Shown: positions 50,893 to 62,592 of the stretch, piece by piece
How positions within the stretch are numbered: the first letter of the stretch is position 1
How the letters are laid out: each line of letters opens with the position of its first letter
Origin: Azolla caroliniana
Lineage: Eukaryota > Plantae > Polypodiophyta
Direction: 5' to 3'
Assembly (NCBI GenBank): GCA_043228905.1
Contig: JBHGNT010000017.1
Location: forward strand, 12,772,001 to 12,836,000
Length of the DNA: 64,000 bases
Program-made: the position numbers and the translations under genes
The notes under the pieces: generated by a model
Seen by the model: the letters and a program-made list of their open reading frames with translations, nothing else
Database searches by the model: none
What the model was told of the DNA's origin: nothing

Positions 50893-51449
50893 CGCAGCCA
50901 CATTAGTGCGACACTTCAACTACTACCATTTCATTTCTTGTGGTCATTCACTCTCTCTCAGAAATTCTTGTCAAGAAGGAACCAGCACCGGCAAAGATCG
51001 TTTCATTGTCGTCGTTGCCCGCTAAAACGTTTTGCACCACCACATCACCGTCGTGTTGTCGTGAGAATCCGTCACTATGTGCGGATCATGAGACGAAACC
51101 GTCGGGGCTATGGACTGGAAGGAATTAGTACACACACGCACAACACAAGCAAGATTCACATATAAGACAAGTAGGTGAGAGGAAACATTCGTTTATTGCA
51201 AAAGAAATCGATTCTTTATAAACTTAGAATCATGTTACAATGGATTGGATATGAAAATGAGAGATAAATCTTTTAAAGAAAGGAGCCAACAACCATATAA
51301 GGAGTGATCCAATATGAATATGAGAGATAATATTTTTGACAAGAAAGATTGAGCCAGCCAAGTAAGCCAAACCCGGAGTTTGATATCAATATGATAGATA
51401 ATTTGTTTTTGGAATCAGAGAGAGAAGAAGAAAAATAACTAGAGGGAAA

Positions 51450-52042
51450 AAATGGGACATATATTGAGCATCAGCAACAACAACAGCCACAACAGAGTTC
51501 TGTAGAACCACTGGAGACCCTGGAGCAAAGCATCCTGGATATCTTGGAAGAAGTGTAAGGGGCCGGTGTGGGATTCGACGTACAAGGTACTGTCCCACGG
51601 GCGTGCCATGTGTTACCCGACCGGCAAAGAAGTTAAGGACGCCAAGACTAGGGTGTGAAAAGGGGAATTGTTATTTAGGAATCTGTTGCAATTACTAATC
51701 TTAATATATTAATTTATGAGAAGATGTGGACGGACGGACTGGAATCGGTATGCCGATTCAGATCCGGACTGATCCCGAAAAGGTGCCGGTGACCTATATA
51801 AAGGCTCGGTTATAATGTAGTCGTTAACGAAGAGTAATATAAACCTTTTGTTTCATCATTGAGTATTGCTCACCATTCTGTGCTTATTGTATATCTTACG
51901 CGTGTTAATGATGTATTGCTAAGTAACCGATTAAGGTCCAATTAAGTGTTGTGTCGTAAGTTATCTCGCGGTAACACCCTTTGGTGAAGTGTCTTAAGTG
52001 GACACCCTGTGTTAGGCTGTTGTCTGGCCCTAAGGATTAACA
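51450..52042 (+). mobile_element. 3' end of a diverged family-D element: extra-ORF tail, tRNA-like motif and LTR 51611-52042
   Basis: EPLETLEQSILDILEE matches the 23719 ORF end; the LTR is homologous to the reverse complement of 23231-23664. Confidence 0.88.
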
Positions 52043-52216
52043 TTAAGCCTCCTAGCCTTCGTTGTATATTCTTCTCACATAATATATCGTTGTTATCATC
52101 ATTTTCTCTCTCTCTCTCTCTCCTTCTCTCGAGTGTTGCACACCCTCTATTCCTCTTAGTACTAATATTCCTCTCTTAGTACTAATTTCTTCTCTGTCTC
52201 AGTACTATTCCTGACA
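52043..52216 (+). mobile_element. 3' part of a family-B-like LTR
   Basis: TTAAGCCTC...AGTACTATTCCTGACA. Confidence 0.8.
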
Positions 52217-53238
52217 CACAAAGACACATATACAAATGATGATAGAAAACACAAAGGCAGGGATGAAGGTGATAGGAAACGTAGAGAAAGTGACGAAGAT
52301 AATAAGAAACACATAGATAGAGATGAAAACGGTAGGAAACACAAGGAGAAGGATGACAATGACAAAAAATGTAAAGATAGGGATGTGGAAGATGATAAGA
52401 AGTGCAGAGATAGAGATGATGATGAGAAGAAACTAGGAGTTAGAGATGTGAAGGATGAGAAAAAACTAGGAGATAGAGATGATGATGAGAAAAAACTAGG
52501 AGATAGGGATGTGGAAGATGATAAGAAGTGCAGAGATAGAGATGATGACGAGAAGAAACTAGGAGAGAAAAGACAAAGATGATGATCAAAAGAAACTAAG
52601 AGATAGAGATGGTGAGGAAGATAAAAAACAAAGGGATGTTAATGATGGTAACTTTAGAACCAATGACGGTGACGATGGTAACTCTAGACGCAAGGGCGAT
52701 GATGAAGACAGGTAATGCTTCTAGTTGGAAGGGATTCAAACTGTCACGGACACACCAACCGCGAACTACGACGGAGGACGGATGACAAGGCTATAATCGA
52801 CTGACTACGAATTTGGAGCTAGAAGTGACGAGGCTAGGAACTCTAAAAGTTGAGAGACATGAGTGCATGAAGACAAATATGAAGATCAAGGTGCAAAATG
52901 GAATGAAACGAGGAAAACTAGATTGATGTGTCAGTGACTGGTGTTGAATCCCTTGAAAAGGACCAAGCAGGTTACAAGTATTTATATTATGAGTCGAAGT
53001 ACATGCATTAGAATATTTTGGAGAATATTCGGGAGAAATTTGTAGAACCCTCTAGAACGTTCTAGTTCTAGAACTTTCTTAAAACTCCTAGAACTTGAAA
53101 TAGATAATCTACTAATAATCTACTAAGATATGTTATACATAACATGACCATATATTTGGATGTGGTGGTTAGAACACAAGATTTGACTATATATGTTAAG
53201 AGGTCAAGAGGTCAAGAGGTCAAATCTTGTCTGTGACA
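52217..53238 (-). mobile_element. Family C (self-primed, chromovirus-like): 5' LTR 52742-53238, PBS and repetitive leader
   Basis: TGTCAC...GTGACA ends; PBS GTTTGAATCCCTT; architecture parallels family B. Confidence 0.7.
52376..52625 (+). repeat. 30/33-bp minisatellite
   Basis: GATAGAGATGATGATGAGAAGAAACTAGGA-type units. Confidence 0.85.
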
Positions 53239-54000
53239 CGGATAAGCGTCATCGATCGCACTTCTTTGGAAGCTCGGAGGGAGCCGGGTCGGGATCGACC
53301 CTCATGATGAAGCATAAGGCCAGCAAAATGGTTGCATCTGACTTCAAGCCAGAGGAAGTTTGGTATGTGGACTCCAGAGCTTCCAACCATATGACCAACG
53401 ACAAAGAATGGTTCTCCTTTCTCGAAAAGCCGAGGGTCGTTGAAATCGGAGACGACACCCCACATCCCATCGAGGATGTCACTCTAAGCCATGTCAACCA
53501 GAAGGGAACCATGAGGAACATCCTACATGTTCCGACGATCACGAAGAACATGGTGTCGGTCAACCAGATCGTGGATCACGGAATGCAGGTTTGGCTCACT
53601 TACCACGGATGCTTCATCGAGGAGGAAGGTTGGATCATCGTGCAAGGGTGTTGAGGATGGAAGATCGTTCATCCTCAAAACCAATGATGTGGGCACCGCT
53701 ATGTTTGTGAAAGGGCAGAAGGTCAAGTTGGACATCAACTTGTGGCATAAACGGATAGGCCACATCAACTTTCGGAAGCTTCAAGAAATGTAGTCGAAAC
53801 ATGCTGTTTCCGGAGTGCCGAAGTTTAGTAGACGGAAAGGCCAAATATTTGAAGCCCGTTGAGCACTTATTGAGCCTTCCTGAGTAGGAATATTTTTTGG
53901 GAGTTAGTGGCAATAGCTCATTTATGAGCAGTCAAGTACTTGTCAGTCCCTTTGAGGACCTATATAAAGAGTGCTCACAGAGCACATTGTATGTATAGAG
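53239..54000 (+). mobile_element. Copia protease/pre-integrase fragment fused to an LTR fragment
   Basis: VWYVDSRASNHMT and LWHKRIGHIN motifs; 53870-54000 resembles the LTR at 43400-43540. Confidence 0.8.
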
Positions 54001-54199
54001 ACCACATTCACATGCAATATTCATTGTAATAGTGGACTATATTAATACCAATGGAGGATTTTTTTATGGAAAAAAACAACAATAACCAATATGTCGAACC
54101 TATGAAATGTACCCTCACGTATTGGAAGTGGAGTTGGTAAGTCTACCAATCCTAGCCTTTTTACCAACCCATCGGCACCCATAAACCCAAAAGTAATTG

Positions 54200-55945
54200 T
54201 TTCAGATTAATTTGGAAGATTTGTCGTGGTTGAGATATGTTATGAAGGGCAAGTTCTTTGGTTAGTTGGTGTGTATGCATTGATTGCTTCACAAGAACGA
54301 AAGTTGTTATGAAGATCTCTAAACTCAATGCTTGACAATGGTAGACGAGTTTTATTGACGGGAAAATTTAATGTTTGTTGTGAGACAAATCAATCAACAT
54401 CTATCCACTCTATTAAGCATTATTCAACATTTAATGGACCAAAGGCTCAAGAATGGGGAGATTTTGAGACTGAAATCATGTTAAGAGATGTATAGAAATG
54501 GATCAAGGGAGATGAACCAAAGATTTTTGATATTTCAATGTCTTATTGGTCAATTACATCAAATCATTTCCCATTAATTTTTGAATTCACTCACCACTCA
54601 ATCAGAGCTTTTCATGAGTTTTTAGGAAAACCACAGTTGATCTTCAAATCTTCGTTTTTGGATCATGAGGTCTTCCATGCCTATATGTGTTAATTGATTG
54701 ATGTATTTGCCTATTGTGTTCAATTTGATGGGTATGAAGTGTGGGAAGTATTTGTTGCAAATGTTCTGAGGTTAGATAAGTAAATTATTGAATTCGCCAT
54801 GCTTTTAAAAGTAGAAAGAAATTAAGTGTCCTCGTTTGCTTGATAAATGTAACTCGTCATTAAATTAATTGCCAGTGGATGTAGAGTCGATGGGATATCA
54901 AGGTGTATTAATTTCTGCGATGCATGATCTTACGGCAAAAAATTATCAACATGGTAGACTACATCATGTAAGAGAAGAAGTGGAGGATGTTAATTGTCAA
55001 TCACATAAGTTTTTTAATGGTTGTCATGAATCACATGCATGACATAATGTGGCAAGGTTAGAGGAAAACAATATCATGTGTTCCGATCCTCAAGAAATTG
55101 TGAAGAAATGCGTAGAATATTATATACTATCGATGATAATATTAAAAAGGATAGAGATATATTTTTTGATGGAATAAAAAAACATGTATCACATGATGTG
55201 GCACAATCATTAGATATTGAGATTTCAGAGGCTGAGGTGGAACATGTCATGTCACATTTTGGTAATGATAAGAGTCCTAGGTGAAATGAATTAACAAACG
55301 AAGTCTTTACGAAATACATAATTAAGTTAAAGGGCCTTTTACAATCTTATTTCAAAAGGGTTGGACATCAAGGGAAATGCCTCATTCCTAAAAGATTGGT
55401 TTGATAAAGCTTATGCCGAAGGTGCATCTCCATCTTCCTTTGCTCAATGGAGGCCTATTTCATTTATGGGGGGAATGTACAAGATTCTTGCAAAAGTAAT
55501 GGTAGGCATCGATTTCTTTCATGCCCGATGGCTAGGATGGTTTGGAGGTGTATCAATTTAGTGTGGATGTCTCTAACTGGAGTAAGTGTATCCTTTAGTT
55601 CAATTTTTGCAGATACAAAGAACAATGAACCAATGCCTCATTTCCAAAAAAAAAATCAGTTCATGAGGTATTGGGGGCTTTGGTTCAATTGGAAAATGTG
55701 GAACTCCTTCATTTGAAAGTTGGGGTGAGAAAATATGTTGTGAGAACACTAGAGAAGTCATGAAATCTTTGCCAAGTCACATATCGTCATATTTACCATT
55801 TGAATTGGTGTGTAGGGTGGCATTGAGGTTGGATTGATAGTATAGTATTTAGATCCCGAGATAGAAGCGGTCTACACTTTGTGGTAAGTTAGTCATGTTG
55901 GTGTTTTTTTCTTTTGTAATGAAAGCCATTATTTATGAGAGAAAA
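54200..55945 (+). mobile_element. Highly decayed L1-type LINE
   Basis: EISEAEVEH...NDKSP, WRPISFMGGMYKILAK and HRFLSCPMARMVW motifs. Confidence 0.7.
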
Positions 55946-55989
55946 GAGAGAGAGAGAGAGAGAGAGAGTTGTGAAATCAAGGAAGTTAA

Positions 55990-57060
55990 GAAGAATAATT
56001 AAAAAGGTGTAAAAGTAAATAACTTTATAGTTCTTTAGAAAATCCAATGCCCCATTTCACATGGGGTGATTCTAAAGATTTCATGTTTCCTGCTCTCTTA
56101 GCACCAATGATGATATCTTTATTCCTACATAAACACAAACTTAACAAACATTTAGCCTAAAAGATACTCCTATATTGTGGTTTAGTGAGATTGACATGAC
56201 AAATGGGTATCATCAATTGTGTATTCATAAAGAGGATAGATATATTGAAGACAAATTTTCTCATTTGTTCAAATAATTCAAGTGTTTATAATGCATTAAT
56301 TACTATTATGATGATCCCAAATGAAAAATTCATTTGACATTAGATGAATTGGTGGATGACTTGTATTGGGTGAATCTTCTATTCATAGAGTTTGAAATTT
56401 TAAAGTACCAGCTAGTGTAAATGATAAGAAACCTTTATTGTGGCAAGAGGTTGTTCAATACTTATGTAGGGCACATAGTATACATTGGCAATGAGGATAG
56501 ATGCTTGAAGGGTGTTTGAGATTCTCCAATAGCAAACAATGTGATTTGTTGGAGGAAAGATTGTTTTAGGGCTTTTGAGTTCTATCAAAAGTCAAAAGTT
56601 CATAAAACAAACATTCATCCTCAACAAATTGTTAAGTACAATCAATGTAATGAATAGTTGGAATCTTACTCTATAGCAATCATTTGTATATCAAACACTT
56701 GTTTTGAAAGTTACTGACCCTAGTGTGTATATGCTACTTATTTAGTTGTAACTGTAATTATTCAAGAAGACAGATGTGTAGGTTTTGAGTGCAAGAAGCT
56801 GTCCATAGAGTTGGAAGTGGTCTGCACAAGAGCTAGAGTTGTATGCAACAATTCATGCACTTAGATTTGGTTCCACTATGTGTACAGAACTGAAATCAAG
56901 GTCGTGACTGATTATGCCACTTTGAAGTGATCTTGTACTCAATTGGAACTCAAGGGTCGTCAAAGTAGATAAGTGCAACTCATGCAAGATTTCCATATGA
57001 AAATTGAGTATTGTAGCAAGAAAGAAAATACAATGGCCGAAATTTATCTATACTTGTGTT
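55990..57060 (+). pseudogene. Very decayed gypsy RT/RNase H
   Basis: Manual translation gives FSEIDMTNGYHQ near 56180, and VTDYATLK and IEYCSKKEN near 56900-57040. Confidence 0.6.
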
Positions 57061-58341
57061 ACGTGTACTAACTAAATGAGTTTCAGAATGTGAGACATCA
57101 AATGTTTAAAAATAAAAGCATAGAAAGTGGACATACAGTTTTAGAATAAGTGGCTTAAAGCTAGCCACATAAAGAATGCTAGTAAGGGTCTTAATTCCAT
57201 TAGAACACTGGCTTCAAATTTCACCATTGAGCAAGGATTGCTCAAGAGAAAAGGAAAATGAACTTGCTTGTAAAATGAATATACCCCAAAAGTGTATACG
57301 TAATGAAGAAATAGCAACTTACCTGATATATGATCCTTCAAAATTTAACATTTCAAGAATGAATATTCACATCTTGCACACAAATTCATAAGATCTTCAA
57401 GCATTTAACAGTAAGATGTGTCTAACCTAACCTAGTGGTGTACAACCTTAATATCCAACATTCACATTTGATTAGATAACAAGCTAACAACTCTAACTAT
57501 AGTTTATAAACAAATAGATCAGTTGTAATTTCTGGCCATCATGCAAGTTTCTGGCCATTTTACTTATTTTTTATGGGCGAGAAATAAGAATCAAACTTCC
57601 ATTTGTCATTTGCATGCAAGATCGGTCTGCTGGCTTTTACCATTTTCACACCTTACCTTGTAGAAAAACTTCCTGCATCAGTAAGGCAGATGCAAATTAG
57701 ATAGTCTCACAAATAAGCACGTTGATCTGGACATACAAATATATACCTAATGTCATACATGCATGTGCATGTGTGTAGGAATGAGTATATTTACGTGTGT
57801 GCATGAATGCCTATGCATTTGTGTGAGTATAAGAATAAGGAAATGGTATAGGTGGGGATATTCATTTGTGCATATGTACAGTACAGTGCATACATATTTC
57901 AAATAGTCCTGTATTTATTCATACGCAGATGTGTATATGCATAAGGATCTACGCCTATGCATGTGCATAGGCACAATACGCAAAAAATTTCATTTACTTA
58001 ACTGATGCTGAACATTTAGTTTATTCAGACATTGCAAATGATCATTTAGTAACCCAAATCCTGTCTCCCTTCTATAATCCCTATTCCAAGTATCAAACAT
58101 AGTAAAGAATGAGGGGGGATGGGACATTTCTCACATATACCTGATAGGATAGATCAATGAAACGGAGCAGTCGAGTATAAGATGTAACATCCTGGATCAC
58201 AGAGGAAGAAAGATCAATTCTTTTCACGGAAAAGAGAGAGAGAGAGAGAAACATGTATATATAGATGTGTGTGTGTGCCTTCACTCTGGTACAGCAATTA
58301 GGGTCTTCTTTCTCTCCGTTCTGACCTGCAATGAAGCTATG

Positions 58342-58397
<56 letters not shown>

Positions 58398-59174
58398 AGA
58401 GAACATCTAAATGTCACCACAGTCATGTTTCTTTTCTTTTCTTTTCTGCTGCTTGTTTTTGCTCAATCTTGACCATCCCATTACAACTTCTTACCTGAGA
58501 GTCAGAGAAAAATGCTTAGGACAGACAATGAGTACATCACTAGAATTTCAAATCCAGTACTTCCTTCAAAAGATTCAATCAGAAAAGCTCCAATAAAAAA
58601 AGATTCCTCATATGACAAGAAACTAGCATCATGAGAATGCAAATGAGTCGCAAGCTGCTGGAGACCACACTGCAAGAGCAGTATTTTCAAGTCGATAAAC
58701 AAAATATGCACAATATATTCGATACTTTCTCATTCGCTCAGTCGATGAAATTTAAAACCATGCCCTCTAACTTTGCCAACATAGTGATCCTGAGAAAAAA
58801 AGAGTGTTTACAAAACCATATACCCATTTCTACAGACAATGAAGACGTTCGTACCACTATATCTCCTGTCAGTAGAAAATCATAATACCATCAAAAGAAG
58901 AACCTTGTGAGACAGACAGAGAGGAAAGGAGAATAAGTTACAATACAGCGCAGCGCGATCACTACTATGCCAAGCCATTACAAAGAATATGTTCACTTCA
59001 AATTAAAACTAATTAATTGGAAGATCAACCACATTAAAACCATATCTTACGCAACAAAAAGATATACCTATAGCCCACCGAATTTAAGCCACCTCATTCA
59101 TTCCTATCTCCAAAATATAAAACCAACACATTTCTCTGTTATTTAAATACAATGCAAACACTTTTACCACAAAA

Positions 59175-59279
59175 CTCTACATAGTGAATTGGTTAAGGGA
59201 GCGTAAGAGGCTATTGTGTGGGCGTGGGCGGCGAGGATCGAATCCGGGTCAGGGAAGATATATATATATATATATATAT
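59175..59279 (+). other. tRNA-derived SINE-like head with (TA)n tail at the array border
   Basis: A-box-like TAGTGAATTGG (59182-59192), B-box-like GGATCGAATCC (59235-59245), then (TA)n. Confidence 0.55.
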
Positions 59280-59443
59280 GTACCCCTTTGTCTAGGATCC
59301 AAGGCCTTAGCCTTAGCCTTCGCCGGCGCCCGTCGCGCGTGCGGTTGGGACGACGACGTGGGTCCCTCGATTTTAGTTGTCGTCGTAGAGCATTTTTGCA
59401 CAGGCCTCTCTGGCACTAGTACCTCGGACCGCAGAGCATTGTT

Positions 59444-59562
59444 GTGGTGCGGTCATACCAGCGCTAATACACCGGATCCCATCAGAACTCCGCAGTTAAG
59501 CGCGCTTGGGCCAGAACAGTACTGGGATGGGTGACCTCCCGGGAAGTCCTGGTGCTGCACCC
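59444..59562 (+). rRNA. 5S rRNA gene, copy 1
   Basis: GGTCATACC...GGATCCCATCAGAACTCCGCAGTTAAGC...GGATGGGTGACC...GCACCC followed by T5. The 5' end is uncertain by 1-2 nt. Confidence 0.98.
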
Positions 59563-59567
59563 TTTTT
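59563..59567 (+). terminator. Pol III oligo-T terminator (present in every unit)
   Basis: TTTTT directly after the 5S gene; a second T5 lies about 20 nt downstream. Confidence 0.9.
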
Positions 59568-60049
59568 GCTTCGAGCCGTGTTCTTTTTGTGGAGAGTACT
59601 GCCGTGTTCTTTCTGTAGAGAGTACTGGGATGGGTGACCTCCGGGGAAGTCTTGCGCATGGGTTGCGTTCTTCTCGCGCCCGAGCCGTTCCCGTGCGTGT
59701 GCGCTCCTGGCATTCTTAGAGGCGGACGAGAGCGTAGGATGGGTGAAGCGCCGAGGGGCATTGCCGTTCGGTCTGGGTTAAGTGCGTCGTCCGGATCAAG
59801 GAGAGGGCGTAAGAGGCTATTGTGTGGGCGTGGGCGGCGAGGTTCGAATCCGGGTCAGGGAAGATATATATATATATATATATATGTACCCCTTTGTCTA
59901 GGATCCAAGGCCTTAGCCTTAGCCTTCGCCGGCGCCCGTCGCGCGTGCGGTTGGGACGACGACGTGGGTCCCTCGATTTTAGTTGTCGTCGTAGAGCATT
60001 TTTGCACAGGCCTCTCTGGCACTAGTACCTCGGACCGCAGAGCATTGTT

Positions 60050-60168
60050 GTGGTGCGGTCATACCAGCGCTAATACACCGGATCCCATCAGAACTCCGCA
60101 GTTAAGCGCGCTTGGGCCAGAACAGTACTGGGATGGGTGACCTCCCGGGAAGTCCTGGTGCTGCACCC
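60050..60168 (+). rRNA. 5S rRNA gene, copy 2
   Basis: Identical to copy 1. Confidence 0.98.
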
Positions 60169-60655
60169 TTTTTGCTTCGAGCCGTGTTCTTTTTGTGGAG
60201 AGTACTGCCGTGTTCTTTCTGTGGAGAGTACTGGGATGGGTGACCTCCGGGGAAGTCTTGCGCATGGGTTGCGTTCTTCTCGCGCCCGAGCCGTTCCCGT
60301 GCGTGTGCGCTCCTGGCATTCTTAGAGGCGGACGAGAGCGTAGGATGGGTGAAGCGCCGAGGGGCATTGCCGTTCGGTCTGGGTTAAGTGCGTCGTCCGG
60401 ATCAAGGAGAGGGCGTAAGAGGCTATTGTGTGGGCGTGGGCGGCGAGGTTCGAATCCGGGTCAGGGAAGATATATATATATATATATATATGTACCCCTT
60501 TGTCTAGGATCCAAGGCCTTAGCCTTAGCCTTCGCCGGCGCCCGTCGCGCGTGCGGTTGGGACGACGACGTGGGTCCCTCGATTTTAGTTGTCGTCGTAG
60601 AGCATTTTTGCACAGGCCTCTCTGGCACTAGTACCTCGGACCGCAGAGCATTGTT

Positions 60656-60774
60656 GTGGTGCGGTCATACCAGCGCTAATACACCGGATCCCATCAGAAC
60701 TCCGCAGTTAAGCGCGCTTGGGCCAGAACAGTACTGGGATGGGTGACCTCCCGGGAAGTCCTGGTGCTGCACCC
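60656..60774 (+). rRNA. 5S rRNA gene, copy 3
   Basis: Identical to copy 1. Confidence 0.98.
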
Positions 60775-61261
60775 TTTTTGCTTCGAGCCGTGTTCTTTTT
60801 GTGGAGAGTACTGCCGTGTTCTTTCTGTGGAGAGTACTGGGATGGGTGACCTCCGGGGAAGTCTTGCGCATGGGTTGCGTTCTTCTCGCGCCCGAGCCGT
60901 TCCCGTGCGTGTGCGCTCCTGGCATTCTTAGAGGCGGACGAGAGCGTAGGATGGGTGAAGCGCCGAGGGGCATTGCCGTTCGGTCTGGGTTAAGTGCGTC
61001 GTCCGGATCAAGGAGAGGGCGTAAGAGGCTATTGTGTGGGCGTGGGCGGCGAGGTTCGAATCCGGGTCAGGGAAGATATATATATATATATATATATGTA
61101 CCCCTTTGTCTAGGATCCAAGGCCTTAGCCTTAGCCTTCGCCGGCGCCCGTCGCGCGTGCGGTTGGGACGACGACGTGGGTCCCTCGATTTTAGTTGTCG
61201 TCGTAGAGCATTTTTGCACAGGCCTCTCTGGCACTAGTACCTCGGACCGCAGAGCATTGTT

Positions 61262-61380
61262 GTGGTGCGGTCATACCAGCGCTAATACACCGGATCCCAT
61301 CAGAACTCCGCAGTTAAGCGCGCTTGGGCCAGAACAGTACTGGGATGGGTGACCTCCCGGGAAGTCCTGGTGCTGCACCC
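61262..61380 (+). rRNA. 5S rRNA gene, copy 4
   Basis: Identical to copy 1. Confidence 0.98.
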
Positions 61381-61867
61381 TTTTTGCTTCGAGCCGTGTT
61401 CTTTTTGTGGAGAGTACTGCCGTGTTCTTTCTGTGGAGAGTACTGGGATGGGTGACCTCCGGGGAAGTCTTGCGCATGGGTTGCGTTCTTCTCGCGCCCG
61501 AGCCGTTCCCGTGCGTGTGCGCTCCTGGCATTCTTAGAGGCGGACGAGAGCGTAGGATGGGTGAAGCGCCGAGGGGCATTGCCGTTCGGTCTGGGTTAAG
61601 TGCGTCGTCCGGATCAAGGAGAGGGCGTAAGAGGCTATTGTGTGGGCGTGGGCGGCGAGGTTCGAATCCGGGTCAGGGAAGATATATATATATATATATA
61701 TATGTACCCCTTTGTCTAGGATCCAAGGCCTTAGCCTTAGCCTTCGCCGGCGCCCGTCGCGCGTGCGGTTGGGACGACGACGTGGGTCCCTCGATTTTAG
61801 TTGTCGTCGTAGAGCATTTTTGCACAGGCCTCTCTGGCACTAGTACCTCGGACCGCAGAGCATTGTT

Positions 61868-61986
61868 GTGGTGCGGTCATACCAGCGCTAATACACCGGA
61901 TCCCATCAGAACTCCGCAGTTAAGCGCGCTTGGGCCAGAACAGTACTGGGATGGGTGACCTCCCGGGAAGTCCTGGTGCTGCACCC
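61868..61986 (+). rRNA. 5S rRNA gene, copy 5
   Basis: Identical to copy 1. Confidence 0.98.
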
Positions 61987-62473
61987 TTTTTGCTTCGAGC
62001 CGTGTTCTTTTTGTGGAGAGTACTGCCGTGTTCTTTCTGTGGAGAGTACTGGGATGGGTGACCTCCGGGGAAGTCTTGCGCATGGGTTGCGTTCTTCTCG
62101 CGCCCGAGCCGTTCCCGTGCGTGTGCGCTCCTGGCATTCTTAGAGGCGGACGAGAGCGTAGGATGGGTGAAGCGCCGAGGGGCATTGCCGTTCGGTCTGG
62201 GTTAAGTGCGTCGTCCGGATCAAGGAGAGGGCGTAAGAGGCTATTGTGTGGGCGTGGGCGGCGAGGTTCGAATCCGGGTCAGGGAAGATATATATATATA
62301 TATATATATGTACCCCTTTGTCTAGGATCCAAGGCCTTAGCCTTAGCCTTCGCCGGCGCCCGTCGCGCGTGCGGTTGGGACGACGACGTGGGTCCCTCGA
62401 TTTTAGTTGTCGTCGTAGAGCATTTTTGCACAGGCCTCTCTGGCACTAGTACCTCGGACCGCAGAGCATTGTT

Positions 62474-62592
62474 GTGGTGCGGTCATACCAGCGCTAATAC
62501 ACCGGATCCCATCAGAACTCCGCAGTTAAGCGCGCTTGGGCCAGAACAGTACTGGGATGGGTGACCTCCCGGGAAGTCCTGGTGCTGCACCC
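62474..62592 (+). rRNA. 5S rRNA gene, copy 6
   Basis: Identical to copy 1. Confidence 0.98.

Noticed and set aside
43249-54000. A single copia spanning 43249 to about 54000
   Set aside because: The LTR pieces belong to related families but differ considerably, and no TSD or continuous junction links them.
42767-58397. (GT)n, (CT)n and (GA)n microsatellites (about 42767, 45285, 49330, 55945, 58345)
   Set aside because: Ordinary simple repeats.
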